DNA of 63,190 nt, counting the filler, from Pelomyxa schiedti (lineage: Eukaryota; Protista; Evosea), in assembly GCA_020536535.1 (NCBI GenBank). It is 8 parts of 8 records of this genome, joined end to end, with 100 filler letters (N's around TTAATTAATTAA, not from the genome) between each part and the next. Parts side by side here need not be neighbours in the genome. Positions count along the whole stretch, not along the records: positions 1 to 9,202 come from JAHLWZ010001297.1; positions 9,303 to 15,353 come from JAHLWZ010000058.1; 6 more parts are not named here. One strand, given 5' to 3'. The position numbers and the translations under genes are program-made. This document shows, in pieces, positions 1 to 11,464 of this stretch (its first letter is position 1; the number at the start of each line of letters is the position of its first letter). The notes under the pieces are model-generated. The model searched no databases. It worked only from the letters and a program-made list of their open reading frames with translations, and was not told the DNA's origin.

Positions 1-121
1 GTGCAGGAGTGTCCAGTTTACATGCTGTTGGTGGTTGGTCAAACGTGAGTGGAAAATTTGGAGAATTCAAAGATGTGCTGGCTGTTTGTGTGTTCGTTAC
101 AGGTGCCGAATCCATCGAGGA
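1..121. repeat. Exact 121-bp copy of 1369-1489
   Basis: Direct sequence identity at offset 1368. A more diverged copy lies at ~1710-1850. Confidence 0.95.
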
Positions 122-1995
122 AGCAACCAGTGAAGAATCCATGGTTTTGCCTGTTTGGGAGAGTGCAAACATCCAGTGTTGTCCTCCCTGTGTGTTACAT
201 GTAGATGCGAAGAAGAAGCGAGGTGGGGTGACTCGGTGAAAACCCAAAGGAGGGAAAAAAGAAACCTGGGCTTGTTGGATAAATCAAAATGCACCCAGCT
301 CGGAAATCTTCTTTCGTCAATTGGAGTTCTGTTGTGGCCTCTGATCCACGTGTCTGCCAATTTCAGAAGATCAGCGTGGCTAATTATAAATAAAAGAACT
401 TGGCTTGTCACGTCACCTTCAAGGCGCTCTTCTCATTGGATTGGCGGCAAGCATCAAGAATGCCGATCGTCAGATCGGAGTATCTCTTCATTACATCAAT
501 CACAGTGCCAAGCATTGGTGCTTTGACATCCATGAGGTCATAACTGGTCTCTGTGAAAGCACTCTCGTCTTCTGTCATCAGCAGGAAGTTGTGTCCGTCC
601 ACCTGCCTTCCGTGTCCTGCAAAATAAAAGATGCTTGCAACCTAATACTATCTGTCATTCCCAAAATTTGACACAACAAGAGAAAGAGACCACCAAACCT
701 TGTTTCCTGCCCTCTTCTGCTTGATCAGTGCTTCTTTGAATTTTCGCAAGTTACTATTAAACACGTCGAGATTTGGTACATTCTTGTGGCATACCACTTC
801 AAATTGACATTTGTTCTTCAGGAACTGCATTGCCGTCAATGTAACAACAAAACAAAGTTTGTTTGGGAAAGCGGAAGAAACCTCACAAATGGAGTCTGCA
901 TCATTGATGGCGTTTTTGAGTGAACGCTCCCCATAAGATTGATTTCCAACAACAAATGCAAAGCACTTGTACCTCATGTCAGCACCGAAAAGGGGTTCTG
1001 CTCCCACTGAAAAAAAAAATAGTGAGAAAAAGCATAGAGAAAGCGGAGGATCTTGTCTCTTGCCAATTGCCAACCTATCATCGACTTGAGGGAACTGTGG
1101 CACGATTGCTCTTGACAGCTTCTTGCCAAATGCATTTTGACTTCCTCGACAATGAATTCTGCATCACCAAAAACGAGGCCAAGGTCACACAATTTCTGCA
1201 CGGAGCAATTGGCAAGTGTTCTTCCTCTCAGTTTATTCGCTCTGATGATTTTCAGGCAGTCGTCATCCACACCAACAGATTCAAGCCACAGACAAGTTTG
1301 GTCTGCATTGGCTGTTTGAATTTGAAAGGGTGTCTCTGTTTCAGCACTCGTGAGTGTTCCAGGTGTTTGTGCAGGAGTGTCCAGTTTACATGCTGTTGGT
1401 GGTTGGTCAAACGTGAGTGGAAAATTTGGAGAATTCAAAGATGTGCTGGCTGTTTGTGTGTTCGTTACAGGTGCCGAATCCATCGAGGAGTTTGGCAACG
1501 GCAACGGTTGGTGGTTGTCTTGAGGAATTAGAATGGTTTCAGGTTTTGGTGCAGTTGTTGGAGGCTTGCTTGGGAGTGACAGTCTCAGAGAATTCAAAGG
1601 AGATGTGGGGGCTGTGGGTGGTGTGTTTGTTGCAGGAGTTGGAATTTCTGAGGGACTTGTCTTTAATTGGTTATGAAGTGGAATTTCACTGGTGAGCGTT
1701 TCAGCTGTTTTTGCAGGAGTGTCCAGTTTACATGAGCCTATTAATGACCGTTGGGAAAACGGGAGTGATAAATTTAGAGAATCCAAAGACGTGGGGGCTG
1801 TTTGCGTGTTTTCTACAGGTGCCGAAGTCATTGAGGAGTTTGGCAACGGTTGTTGGTTGGCTTGTGGAATTTCTTCAATTGGTGGTGTTGCTGACATTGC
1901 CGATGGAGTCTGTGCAGAACTTATGGGTGATCTTTTGAAGTTACTCTCGAAGTATTCTTTGCCTGTGGCGAGAGCCATTGCATTCGGGTGTGACC
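39..1995 (-). CDS. P/T/S-rich linker + SAM domain + caspase-like peptidase C14 (p20 intact, p10 truncated by a duplication junction); probably the C-terminal part of the LRR gene
   Basis: SAM-like CLWLESVGVDDDCLKIIRANKLRGRTLANCSVQKLCDLGLVFGDAEFIVEEV splices in frame (intron 1074-1007) to YKCFAFVVGNQSY...LKNAINDADSI...VASIFYFAGHGRQVDGHNFLL...IGILDACR...TRG...GCILIYPTSPG...NHGFFTGCFL. His and Cys catalytic motifs are present. 5' boundary is uncertain. Confidence 0.85.
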
Positions 1996-2329
1996 CTTTT
2001 TGGGAGGGATGGAGGGAAGATTCAGTGGATGGTGGAATATGGATATTTCATAACTGAGGGGGCGATCATGTGAATCAAGAATCTCAATGGGAATTTCAAA
2101 AAGGTCATCAGGGAGAGTGTTTCCAGGGCCTCCTGAGACAAGCCAAATGTCTGCGTTCAGGGGGTATTTCGTGCCACCAACAGTGGGGCATGAAAATGCA
2201 GATGTTTGAGGTGGTTGCAGAAAGACCAGAAGAGAAGCACCCAAAGTGGGATGGATCACCCAGGTAAACCAAAAGAGCTGTATCTCTGTCGATGAAGGGG
2301 TCACCACACAATGGAGCAATGGCACATAC

Positions 2330-3960
2330 CTCCGAGACCCAGAGACGCGAGTGACTTGTTCAATTTGAGTGCTCTCGCAATGCTTGTTGCTCCCTCACTC
2401 CCAATTTCGTTGTCTAAGTGATGTTTGATTTGAAGAGGTCAACCACCATCTGAGAATTGAGAAACGCAAAGAACGATGGGAACACACATGATATATTCAG
2501 AGACACGAGTGACTTGTTCGATTCGAGTGCCCTCGCAATGCTTATCGCTCCTTCACTCCCAATTGTGTTGCCTGAGTGATGTTTGATTTGGAGAGTAAAC
2601 CATGACACGAGAATTGAGAGAGAGCACAAGAGGAACACACCTGATATATTCAGAGTCACGAGTGACTTGCTTGATTCAAGTGCCCTCGCAATAGTTGTTG
2701 CTCCCTCACTCCCAATTTTGTTGTCTGAGTGATGTTTGATTTGGAGAGTAAACCACCATTCGAGAATTGAGAGACACCACAACAGAATGATGGGAACACA
2801 CATGATATAATCAGAGACACAAGTGACTTGTTCGATTCGAGTGCTCTTGCAATGCTTGTTGCTCCCTCACTCCCAATTGTGTTGCCTGTGTGATGTTTGA
2901 TTTGGAGAGTAAACCACCATCCAAGAATTGAGAGACACCACAACGGAACGATGGGAACACACATAATATATTCAGAGACACGAGTGACTTGTTCGATTCG
3001 AGTGCCCTCGCAATGCTTATCGCTCCCTCACTTCCAATTTCGTTATCTGAGTGATGTTTGATTTGGAGAGTAAACCATGATACGATAATTGAGAGAGAGC
3101 ACAATGGAACGATGGGAACACACATGAAAGATTCAGAGACACGAGTGACTTGTTCGATTCGAGTGCTCTTGCAATATTTGTTGCTCCCTCACTTCCAATT
3201 TTGTTGCCTGAGTGATGTTTGATTACCCGAGAATCGAGAGAGCACAAGAGGAACACACACATGATATATCCAGAGACACGAGTGACTTGTTCGATTCGAG
3301 TGCCCTCGCAATGCTTGTTGCTCCCTCACTCCCAATTGTGTTGCCTGTGTGATGTTTGATTTGGAGAGTAAACCACAATCCGAGAATTGAGAGACACCAC
3401 AACGGAATGATGAGAACACACCTGATATATCCAGAGACACGAGTGACTTGTTCGATTCGAGTGCTCTTGCAATGTTTGTTGCTCCCTCACTTCCAATTGT
3501 GTTGTCTGAGTGATGTTTGATTTGGAGAGTAACAATGATACGAGAATTTAGAGAGAGCACAAGAGGAACACACGTGATATATTCAGAGACACGAGTGACT
3601 TGTTCGATTCGAGTGCCCTCACAATGCTTATCGCTCCCTCACTCCCAATTGTGTTGCCTGAGTGATGTTTGATTTGGAGAGTAAACCACAATCCGAGAAT
3701 TGAGAGACACCACAACGGAACGATGAGAACACACATGATATATTCAGAGACACGAGTGACTTGTTCGACTTGAGTGCCCTCGCAATGCTTATCGCTCCCT
3801 CACTTCCAATTCCGTGGTCTGAGTGACGTTTGATTTGGAGAGTAAACCATGACACGAGAATTGAGAGAGAGCACAATGGGAACACACATGAAAGATTCAG
3901 AGACACGAGTGACTTGTCCGATTCGAGTGCCCTCGCGATGCTTGTTGCTTCCGCGCTCCC
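2330..3960. repeat. Tandem array of ~137-161-bp exon+intron units (LRR cassettes)
   Basis: 11 near-identical copies of GAGTGACTTGTTCGATTCGAGTG... Introns are also homologous (GTGTGTTC...CAAATCAAACATCACTCAG). Confidence 0.97.
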
Positions 3961-4103
3961 AATTTCGAGGCCAGGCTCCGCACACACCCAATCTTGGTCA
4001 CTTTGTTCGAGACTGGTGCCCCGAGAGGATGATTGTTCGGCCCCCTTCGGGTCAGTTGGTGGGGGAAAAAAAAGGGGGGGAACCTAAGTCCCCGACGTAC
4101 CAT
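2330..4103 (-). CDS. N-terminal part of LRR receptor gene: ATG micro-exon, myristoylation motif MGAEQS, 11 RNI/NLRC3-type leucine-rich repeats (one 84-nt exon per repeat)
   Basis: ATG at 4103-4101 is followed by a GTACGT...CTGAC...AG intron (4100-4045), giving MGAEQSSSRG...EIGSAEATSIARALESDKSLVSLNLS. Ten 84-nt exons follow at 3818-3735, 3657-3574, 3505-3422, 3344-3261, 3207-3124, 3046-2963, 2885-2802, 2724-2641, 2571-2488 and 2413-2330, each encoding xNxIGSEGAxxIARALESNKSLVSLxxS. Confidence 0.9.
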
Positions 4104-4164
4104 GGCACCTTCGGTTACTTTCAAATTCCACGAAATTAACGTTCATTTCGGCCGGTAAAAATGA

Positions 4165-7100
4165 TCATGACGACGAAGAGAGAAGCACGGAATTGGCTGA
4201 AACCACGAGATCTGTCGCCGTGAGGGAGGAATTGTGTGCCTTGAGTTGGAGTGTGAGCCACCTCCTGGATTTCAGTGCCAGCATCTCCCACTCATCCTGA
4301 TACTCGCAAAACTTCATATGCAGACTCGCCAGTGCTGTTGGTTTTTGGTTTGGAAAGGAAATGGTTGGTGGAAGAAGCAGGATTTGTGAAAGTGTTACCG
4401 ATTGCAGTATTCCAAAGGGATTGGCAGTTTTCCAGACCTCGAATTTCTGCGGGCATACTTTGGAGGATACGCTCTGATGTGCAACCTTTTCGTGCATTAG
4501 ATGGAGAGGAAATTGCCACATCAGGCCCACCAATGACTGAGGCTATTCCCGCAAGAGATTCAGGCCAAGAGCCATCAGAAGACTGAAGAAAGATCAACTT
4601 GTCAAGAGGTCTCACCTATATGTCATTCATGAATGGTCATTTTGGTGAGAACTGAAAAGGACAAATAAATAATATTCACCTGTGCCCCACTAGGAATATC
4701 TTGATCGATCCCTTTTGTAACGTCTGTTCTCCTTGATGAAGTTGTCGTTTGGGCACTTTGCTCCTGCTCTCTGCGTGCGTCTTTGGCTCCTTTTGTTCTT
4801 GCCATTGGTAATTCTGCTTCTTCTTCCTGGCGTCTGATTTCACCGACACAGCGTCTTTTAGAGAGTGTCTCTTCTCGGCGCTGCTTTCTCAGACATACTA
4901 CTGATTCCATCCGCAACCTTTGAAGTTCTCCCATTGCCCTTTGGCGACTTTCCTCCAGTCTCTGCCTTTCAATCTGCTTCTCTTGTTGCCGCTCCTCGCA
5001 CTGCATTCTTGTGCGTTCTTCTTGTCTTAACTTCTCCACTAGTTTTTCTCTCTCCATCCTGCGCTCTTCTTCCATTCTCCGCCTTTTTTCCTCTTCAATC
5101 CTCTCCCGTTCCAATTCTCGTTCCTCCCTCTCTGTTCTGGCGTTCTCTCTGCGTTGTCCAGTTCTTGCAGACGTTGTGGGCCGCACATTCAATGGAGAGG
5201 GGGGAGCAGATGGTACAGCAGCCTTGCTTATGCTCCCACTTGAAGGGGATAGAACACTTGAAAGTGATGTGGGAGACTAGATATGCCATAAGAGCCCCAC
5301 ATAATTAATACAGATTAGAGAGTGAACGGTTTTTTTGAGTTGAAAGAAGACTGAAAATACTGTGTGCTTCTCTGCTTTTGAGGCATACTCCACTGTGCGA
5401 AGTTGCATTGGCTCTGGGAGAAGATGAATCAGGGGACATTGAATCAACCATATGGTACCATTTACTGCTTCACTTCTGGTTTCCACACAAATAAACGTCG
5501 TGTACTTGCTTAGGAGCTGATATTTCAAAGCCAAGTCAACAATTTGTTGTTTATTCTCTGGGCTCTCTTCCAGGTCTCTACCAGATTGTTTAATTTTAAG
5601 CGTGCAGAGTCAATGGAAAGAATTCCTTTATTACTTGATGAGGGAGTGGAAGGCTAAGCGGTGTATTGATTTCCCAAGCTGAATTTTGGAGAGTGACAAC
5701 CTCACTTGTATTGGTTGTTATCAATCTGAGAAAAGTCTTACTGAAAAGGGAATGATATTTCTTGCTCATTCATGAACCCACGTACTCGCCCAGTGGATTC
5801 ACTTATATTATCAGTATTACCTAAAAACCCATACACTGGGGATTTTATTGGTCCGTTGTAAAAGAAAAGATCCAGGGAGTGATACCAAGTAGACGGTCAC
5901 CGTCAAACAGTGGAGGAACCAAAGCAGGAGATTGCTTTGCTGAGATAGTACCCCAATTAATTTCCACATTTCTAAGCACTGGCTGAAGTGCTCTCTTTAT
6001 TTGAGACATGACCTTGGACTCCAGTCTTGTTCCAGAGGAAATAAATTCTGCCTGAAATCTGTTAAGTCCCAAAAACGGCATCTGGTTACCTTGCCCCGTG
6101 TGGCCACAGCAAGACCTGTTAAATCTCACTATGAGGCTGTGGAATGCAATAGAAACAACCTGTAACAAGCTGTGGGCTGGCCTCAGCAGCTATCCCAAAG
6201 GTGAAAATCCTGGTCCCCCCTGGAAATCGTAACTTTTATTGGGTAACAAAGGGAAAAACCAGAATGACATTTCACGAAAGAAATTATGGCATTGGTGTCA
6301 CTAACATCCCCATCGGTCTTGGGGGTAACGTTGATAAAATTCAATTTCATGTGGCACTTACCAAAAAAAAGATTTGACGAGGTACATTGGGCTGAGGGTT
6401 GTGTAATAAAATATCCTGTAAAGGGGGAAGCACGTCAGTCCCTCCCAAATCAGCTCTCAGAGCGGTAATATGAGCTTTTGCAATAGTGAAGCTAATGTGC
6501 AGGTGAATAAGGAGACACGATAAAAGGTGGCAAACGATTGTTCATCGTAGGGAATACTTTCCCCAAATAACTTTTCGAAACGTGAACCAAACCCAACGAC
6601 TGATTGGAAGTCAAAGTGGGAAATGAATGAATGAGAACATACTGTTAAAGGTGCAGGTATTAGGAATGCTGCGCAAAAATAGTTGCATGGCATTTTTCAC
6701 TTGATTTATGCGTGTTCCAGACATACTTCCTGAACGGTCAACAAGGAAAATGAGCTCACAAGCAGTGTCTTGCTCAGTTTTTATGCTCGGGAAAAGAGAA
6801 ATCATGGCCACTTTGGATAAATCCTCATCCTGAAAACCTTAATCAAGATAGGAAGCTAGCACACCTACTTGCTCAATTGTTATGTACACAGAATCAGGAT
6901 TTACATTTGGCACAAGGATGAGCTCAAACCAGAATACCTCTGTGATCTGGAGAGATGGTAAAGGAATACTAATGCCTGAAGTGGCATACAGTTGAAAGTG
7001 TTGCTTTGATTGAAGACATAACCCCCTCAGTACTGCTAGAAATGGGATGTGAATGCTCAATAGAAGCAATTACTGCCGGTGCTTCAATGTCTCCAGAAAA

Positions 7101-8147
7101 CAAGAATCCGGATTCCTTGGTGTCCCCCTCCAAATAATTAAATTATAGTGTGATTGAGTTTTGGGAGAAATACCTCTCCAGAAATGGGTAAACAATGTGT
7201 ATTGGGGAGCTCGAACCTAAGGTGACCCTGATCATAATATAGCTCTAAATGGGCACATATCAGTTCTCATATACCCGAATATTTATGGCCAACCGGAGAT
7301 ATACTTTAGAGTTACAACAGCAGAAGAATGTGGTGGAAGATTTCCTATCTGCATCCTTAGCACAGCTCCCTGAAGGGGGTCTACTTCTAATTTTCCAGAT
7401 GTCACAACTAAGAATACGATTGGAGTCAAGAAACCTTTTTCAAGTAGATATGCACCATGACCACTAGCAATGGCATCATCATACTGGAGTGTGAAAGTGC
7501 AGTAAGGTGTTTGTTAATCCCTTCCATCTTGTTTTTATATAAAACCTTATTTGCAGCACTCTGTTTTTCCTGTATAACACCCTTAATTACACGGTCAGCA
7601 ACTCTAACCTCCAGTTCATAAACAGAGCATTCCCCAGGAGCAAACTTGAATCTGCAGTGCAATTAAAAATTCATTCCATTTTATATGGATAGACAGGTAA
7701 TTACTAGCAGCAACATACTGGAAAAAGGCACACATGCACCCACTGTAAAAAAAAAAAAACTTCTTATGTCACGAGTGACACCCCGGACAAATAAATCACG
7801 CAAGCATACACAGCCTCAATTGGGCAATCTTCGCGGTTCACGAAAGTGTGCACCATTGTCACGTCGGCAGTCACCCCAGTCACCCTCACGTCCACTCTCA
7901 GTCCCACGAATGGGCTTGCAGATTCACCACTGCCATCCCGCGTTCCTGTTGTTGCCGCTGTTGTTGTTTTCGGTCTCGGGATGAATACGCCACTGTAGGG
8001 GCGCCCGTATTCGACCAACTTGGTGGGGATTGGTGGAGACGGCGGCGTTGTGGTGGCGATGGCCTGTAGGGAGGGAATTGTGGGAGGGGTGGTGGTCGCG
8101 GTCGATACGGAGGCAGGCGTGCCGGTTACCCCCAACCGTTGGTCCAT
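4165..8147 (-). CDS. VIT + vWA domain protein (VWA5A/BCSC-1-like) with coiled-coil insert; multi-exon
   Basis: VIT: VTADVTMVHTFVNREDCPIEAVY...LEVRVADRVIKGVIQEK. vWA MIDAS: ELIFLVDRSGSMSG. Also ALKYQLLSKYTTFICVE, LIFLQSSDGSW and C-terminal EWEMLALKSRRWL. Confidence 0.88.
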
Positions 8148-9202
8148 TCTTCGAAAAAATCAATCAACGTTCCCGGAAATGCGCCAAAGCAAAAAAGGAG
8201 GTGAAGACCAGAGCCCAATGGGTCGTTTCTGGATCCACACGCCAAGCATTTGGTTGTCCTTTGTTGCCATCTCTCAAACTCAACCAAAGCAACTAAGAAC
8301 TCTTCGGCCAAAGTCCAAACCCAGATATTAAATGTTTTGGATCTCTTTGCCCATGAAGGAATAAATGCTCAAGAGTTCAGGTGATGACCCTTCCTTGAGT
8401 ATGTATGTCAAACCCCACTGTGGTTGTTGCAGCCCAAATAGAAGAGGGGTGCTGTGACTGTTGTGACTACTCTTGAGTGGTTAAAGAGAAGAATGGAGGA
8501 ATAGATAAAGAACATCTTCCTTGAGTGACTTTGTAATGAAGGAGGAAAAAAAATCAGCATACATACTTCAGTAATGGTGCCACCAACTTGCCATGATCTT
8601 GTTCATCACGAAAAATATTTTCAGGAACAAGTGTTTGGGAGGTTGTCCTCATTGGACAATGTACAACCCTAGTTCAATCAACATAAACAATTTGGTTGGT
8701 GGCTAACAAACCTATTTTTATGAATGAAGGAATGAAGGTCACTGCCACAAATGACTTCCCCATAAGGCAGTAAAGATGCCACACACCTCAACGCCTGAGG
8801 TGCTCACACCAACTTGGTAATAGTTACGATCTGATTGCTAGTGATAAGGGTTTCTCTTAATTCCCTTAGTTATTCTGTGTTATGTGTGATTCGTGCTTAG
8901 GGTGATTGTGACGTCAATGCTATTGTGTTGGGTGATGGGAATCTGGTGACTCCTGAGTTCACCCTGAGCTGGTGACTGGGTGGGGACCCACAACACTGAG
9001 CAGCGCCGATCGGCACGCCAACTTTGGTGCCAGCCAGAGTCGTCGGGATCGTTGGACAAAGGGTGAGACTACGGGTTGGACACAGATGAATTTTGTGAAC
9101 TCTCTCAGTACCCTGCAGAACCAAGTGTGTGGTGTCCTGCACAATTGTTCCAGTGTTTTGTTTATAAATGGCTTAAGTCTCGAAAGTGGCACGGTCCCAC
9201 TG

Positions 9203-9302
9203 NNNNNNNNNNNNNNNNNNNNNNNNNNNNNNNNNNNNNNNNNNNNTTAATTAATTAANNNNNNNNNNNNNNNNNNNNNNNNNNNNNNNNNNNNNNNNNN
9301 NN
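9203..9302. other. Artificial scaffold linker (N44-TTAATTAATTAA-N44)
   Basis: Six-frame stop linker. The same linker occurs at 15354-15453, 17098-17197, 45059-45158, 53434-53533, 56465-56564 and 58130-58229. Confidence 0.98.
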
Positions 9303-9489
9303 AGGCTCAAGATATTATTTAGGTGTAGGCCGACCTGCCTGCTCAATCTATGACCAAGGTACATTCCCTTTTTAACATCACCCCACTCAACGACAACAGG
9401 ACCCTGGATGCCAGAAGGGCTGACGAACAGAGTGCAATGTCAGGCTTTACTTCCGCCTCCACCCACTTCACCTCGGCACTAACACCCCT

Positions 9490-9553
9490 TGCCCTCGCCC
9501 TCGCCCTCGCCCTCGCCCTCGCCCTCGCCCTCGCTCTCGCTCTCTCGCTCTCT
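9490..9553. repeat. (GCCCTC)n/(GCTCTC)n microsatellite
   Basis: Visible hexamer tandem. Confidence 0.95.
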
Positions 9554-11037
9554 CACTCCTACGCACCCCACCCCACCCCACCACTGGGCTCCTGCACTCC
9601 ACGCTTCCATTCCCAACGTACACATCTCCATGATGTGGCCTGGCCTGAAGTTGGTTCGACTTCAGGCAAAAGAAAAAAAAATGTTCGCTTTCAGAAAGTA
9701 CATGGGGGAGGAGGGGGGTGGAACAGGTACCACCTGGGGACCACTGTGTGTCCACATTGGGAGCTCCCACATCGAGCCCGTTGTTATTTTACCTCCACTT
9801 TCTCCACTTGGGTAGTGTTTTTTCCGGGCCCTCACTGTATTGTTTCCTTTCTTTTTTAGTCACCCGGGTGGCGGATCTGCTTCTAGAATTCGTTGGAAGG
9901 TTGCCCAATGAGTAAATAATTCAATTGTCTGGTTCAATCAATCTGGTGCACTTTTTTTTTTCCTTTTTGTCGAATTATTTTTCCTCATTTCCCCAGACTT
10001 CCTGATGGGAGTTTCTGCCGTTGCTGTGTTTGATGAGAATGTGCCCACCTTGTGGGGTGCAGGTGATTTATGAAGATGCCCAAACGATGTTCCTGAACTG
10101 TCGCGCCCCTCGTGAGAAAAGGGTCAAATGTCATTTTACTGTGAAACTGCCAGTCGGGGATCAGATCAGAAAAAAAAAACGCGTTTTGTCGGGATGGACC
10201 TGTTCAACGTGCTTTTCATTTCCAAACTCCAACTCACTCCCACATGCTGAAGTGTTCTGACAGCATGGCACTTAAGCAGTAGGAGTAGTAGTAATCAAGC
10301 CGCAGGAGGCACCTGAGACTTACGGAAACGATCTGTTAGGCGAAGATCGTTTCAGTCTTTTTTCTCCTTGATCAAAAAATCGAAAAAAAATAGGTTTTAA
10401 TTTTTTTTCCTTTTCTTTTTTCACTTTCCCTCACTTCCTGATGGGACCCTGCCGTTGCTGTGTTTGATGAGAATGTTACTTTTTTGGTTAGTGGATGTTT
10501 GGCAATCAACGTACCAGACAGGGTTCCTGTTGGGCCTGTGTGCTCTAGCAATAGAACTCAAATGGCCCAATGTGGTTGGCGGGGGAACCTTTAGTTTTTT
10601 TTGTGAGGAGCGAAAAACTTACCATGGTGACACGGTGATGGTTCCGAAAAAAACTGGTTTTCTTTTTCCTCTTCAGGTGTCGCAAATCCGGCATCACCGG
10701 GTTTGAGTGTAAACGACTCTACTCACACTTGCGGTCACAATGGGCCACGTCACGAGCCACAGTTTGGTGGTCCTGTTTGGCCCAGGAAAAAAAAGAAAAA
10801 AATAGCTGGCTTCGCGAAAGAGATCTGATGAGAGGTGGGTGGAGGACTCTCTGTGTCTCGGGTTGCACTGCCCAACACAAGCATAAACAATCTGGTGGTG
10901 CTCTCCATTGGGACAGGGGTCTATGCTGGGGGCTGATGGAGTTCGCTAGCGTTCTGTGACTGGAAGTTGTCCCCACCTTCCTTTTTCCAAAAATCCAAGA
11001 AGCCGGCAAATCTCCGAAGTTCCCTTTGCCAGCAAAC

Positions 11038-11464
11038 CAGGGGTGGATTTTGGTCGAGTACTCATGAACTTCGGCCAATAAGCAGAAGTTTGTGAGCTAA
11101 TGAGCGCTCCTGAGCAAATCAACTGGCTTGAAAAACTTTTTGTTTTCTTCGAATTCCTCAGGATGGCCGCTGGGGTTGATCTGATGGTTCCGACCCGAAT
11201 TCTTGCTCTTTGCTGGGTTGTGAGTGAGGACTCCTGTCAGCAGATGATTGTATTCTCCCTGCTTGCAGGTACTAGCATCTCGGCTCAGACACCTTGGCTA
11301 CAGGAGTGTTACAGAGGGCCTGGAGGAATCTCTACTCTCCTTCCTAAAGCGGACCCTCACACAGGTTTTTTCCTTGAGATTGATCACAAATGAGCGCTCA
11401 TGAACCGTTGATTTTGCTCACTTAGATCTGTAATGAGCGTGAGCCACTCATAAATCCACCCCTG
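11038..11464. mobile_element. Non-autonomous hAT-type MITE (427 bp)
   Basis: 13-bp TIR CAGGGGTGGATTT...AAATCCACCCCTG, perfect 8-bp TSD CAGCAAAC (11030-11037 and 11465-11472), subterminal ATGAGCGCTC motifs at both ends. Confidence 0.92.

Noticed and set aside
2330-3960. Regularly spaced repeats resembling a CRISPR array
   Set aside because: Units are coding LRR exons plus homologous introns; there are no unique spacers or cas genes, and the context is eukaryotic.
8330-9200. Possible spliced gene fragment at the end of scaffold 1
   Set aside because: Short open stretches with no recognisable motif; cannot support a call.
9203-9302. TTAATTAATTAA motif recurring seven times
   Set aside because: Artificial six-frame-stop scaffold linker within Ns; adjacency across linkers has no biological meaning.
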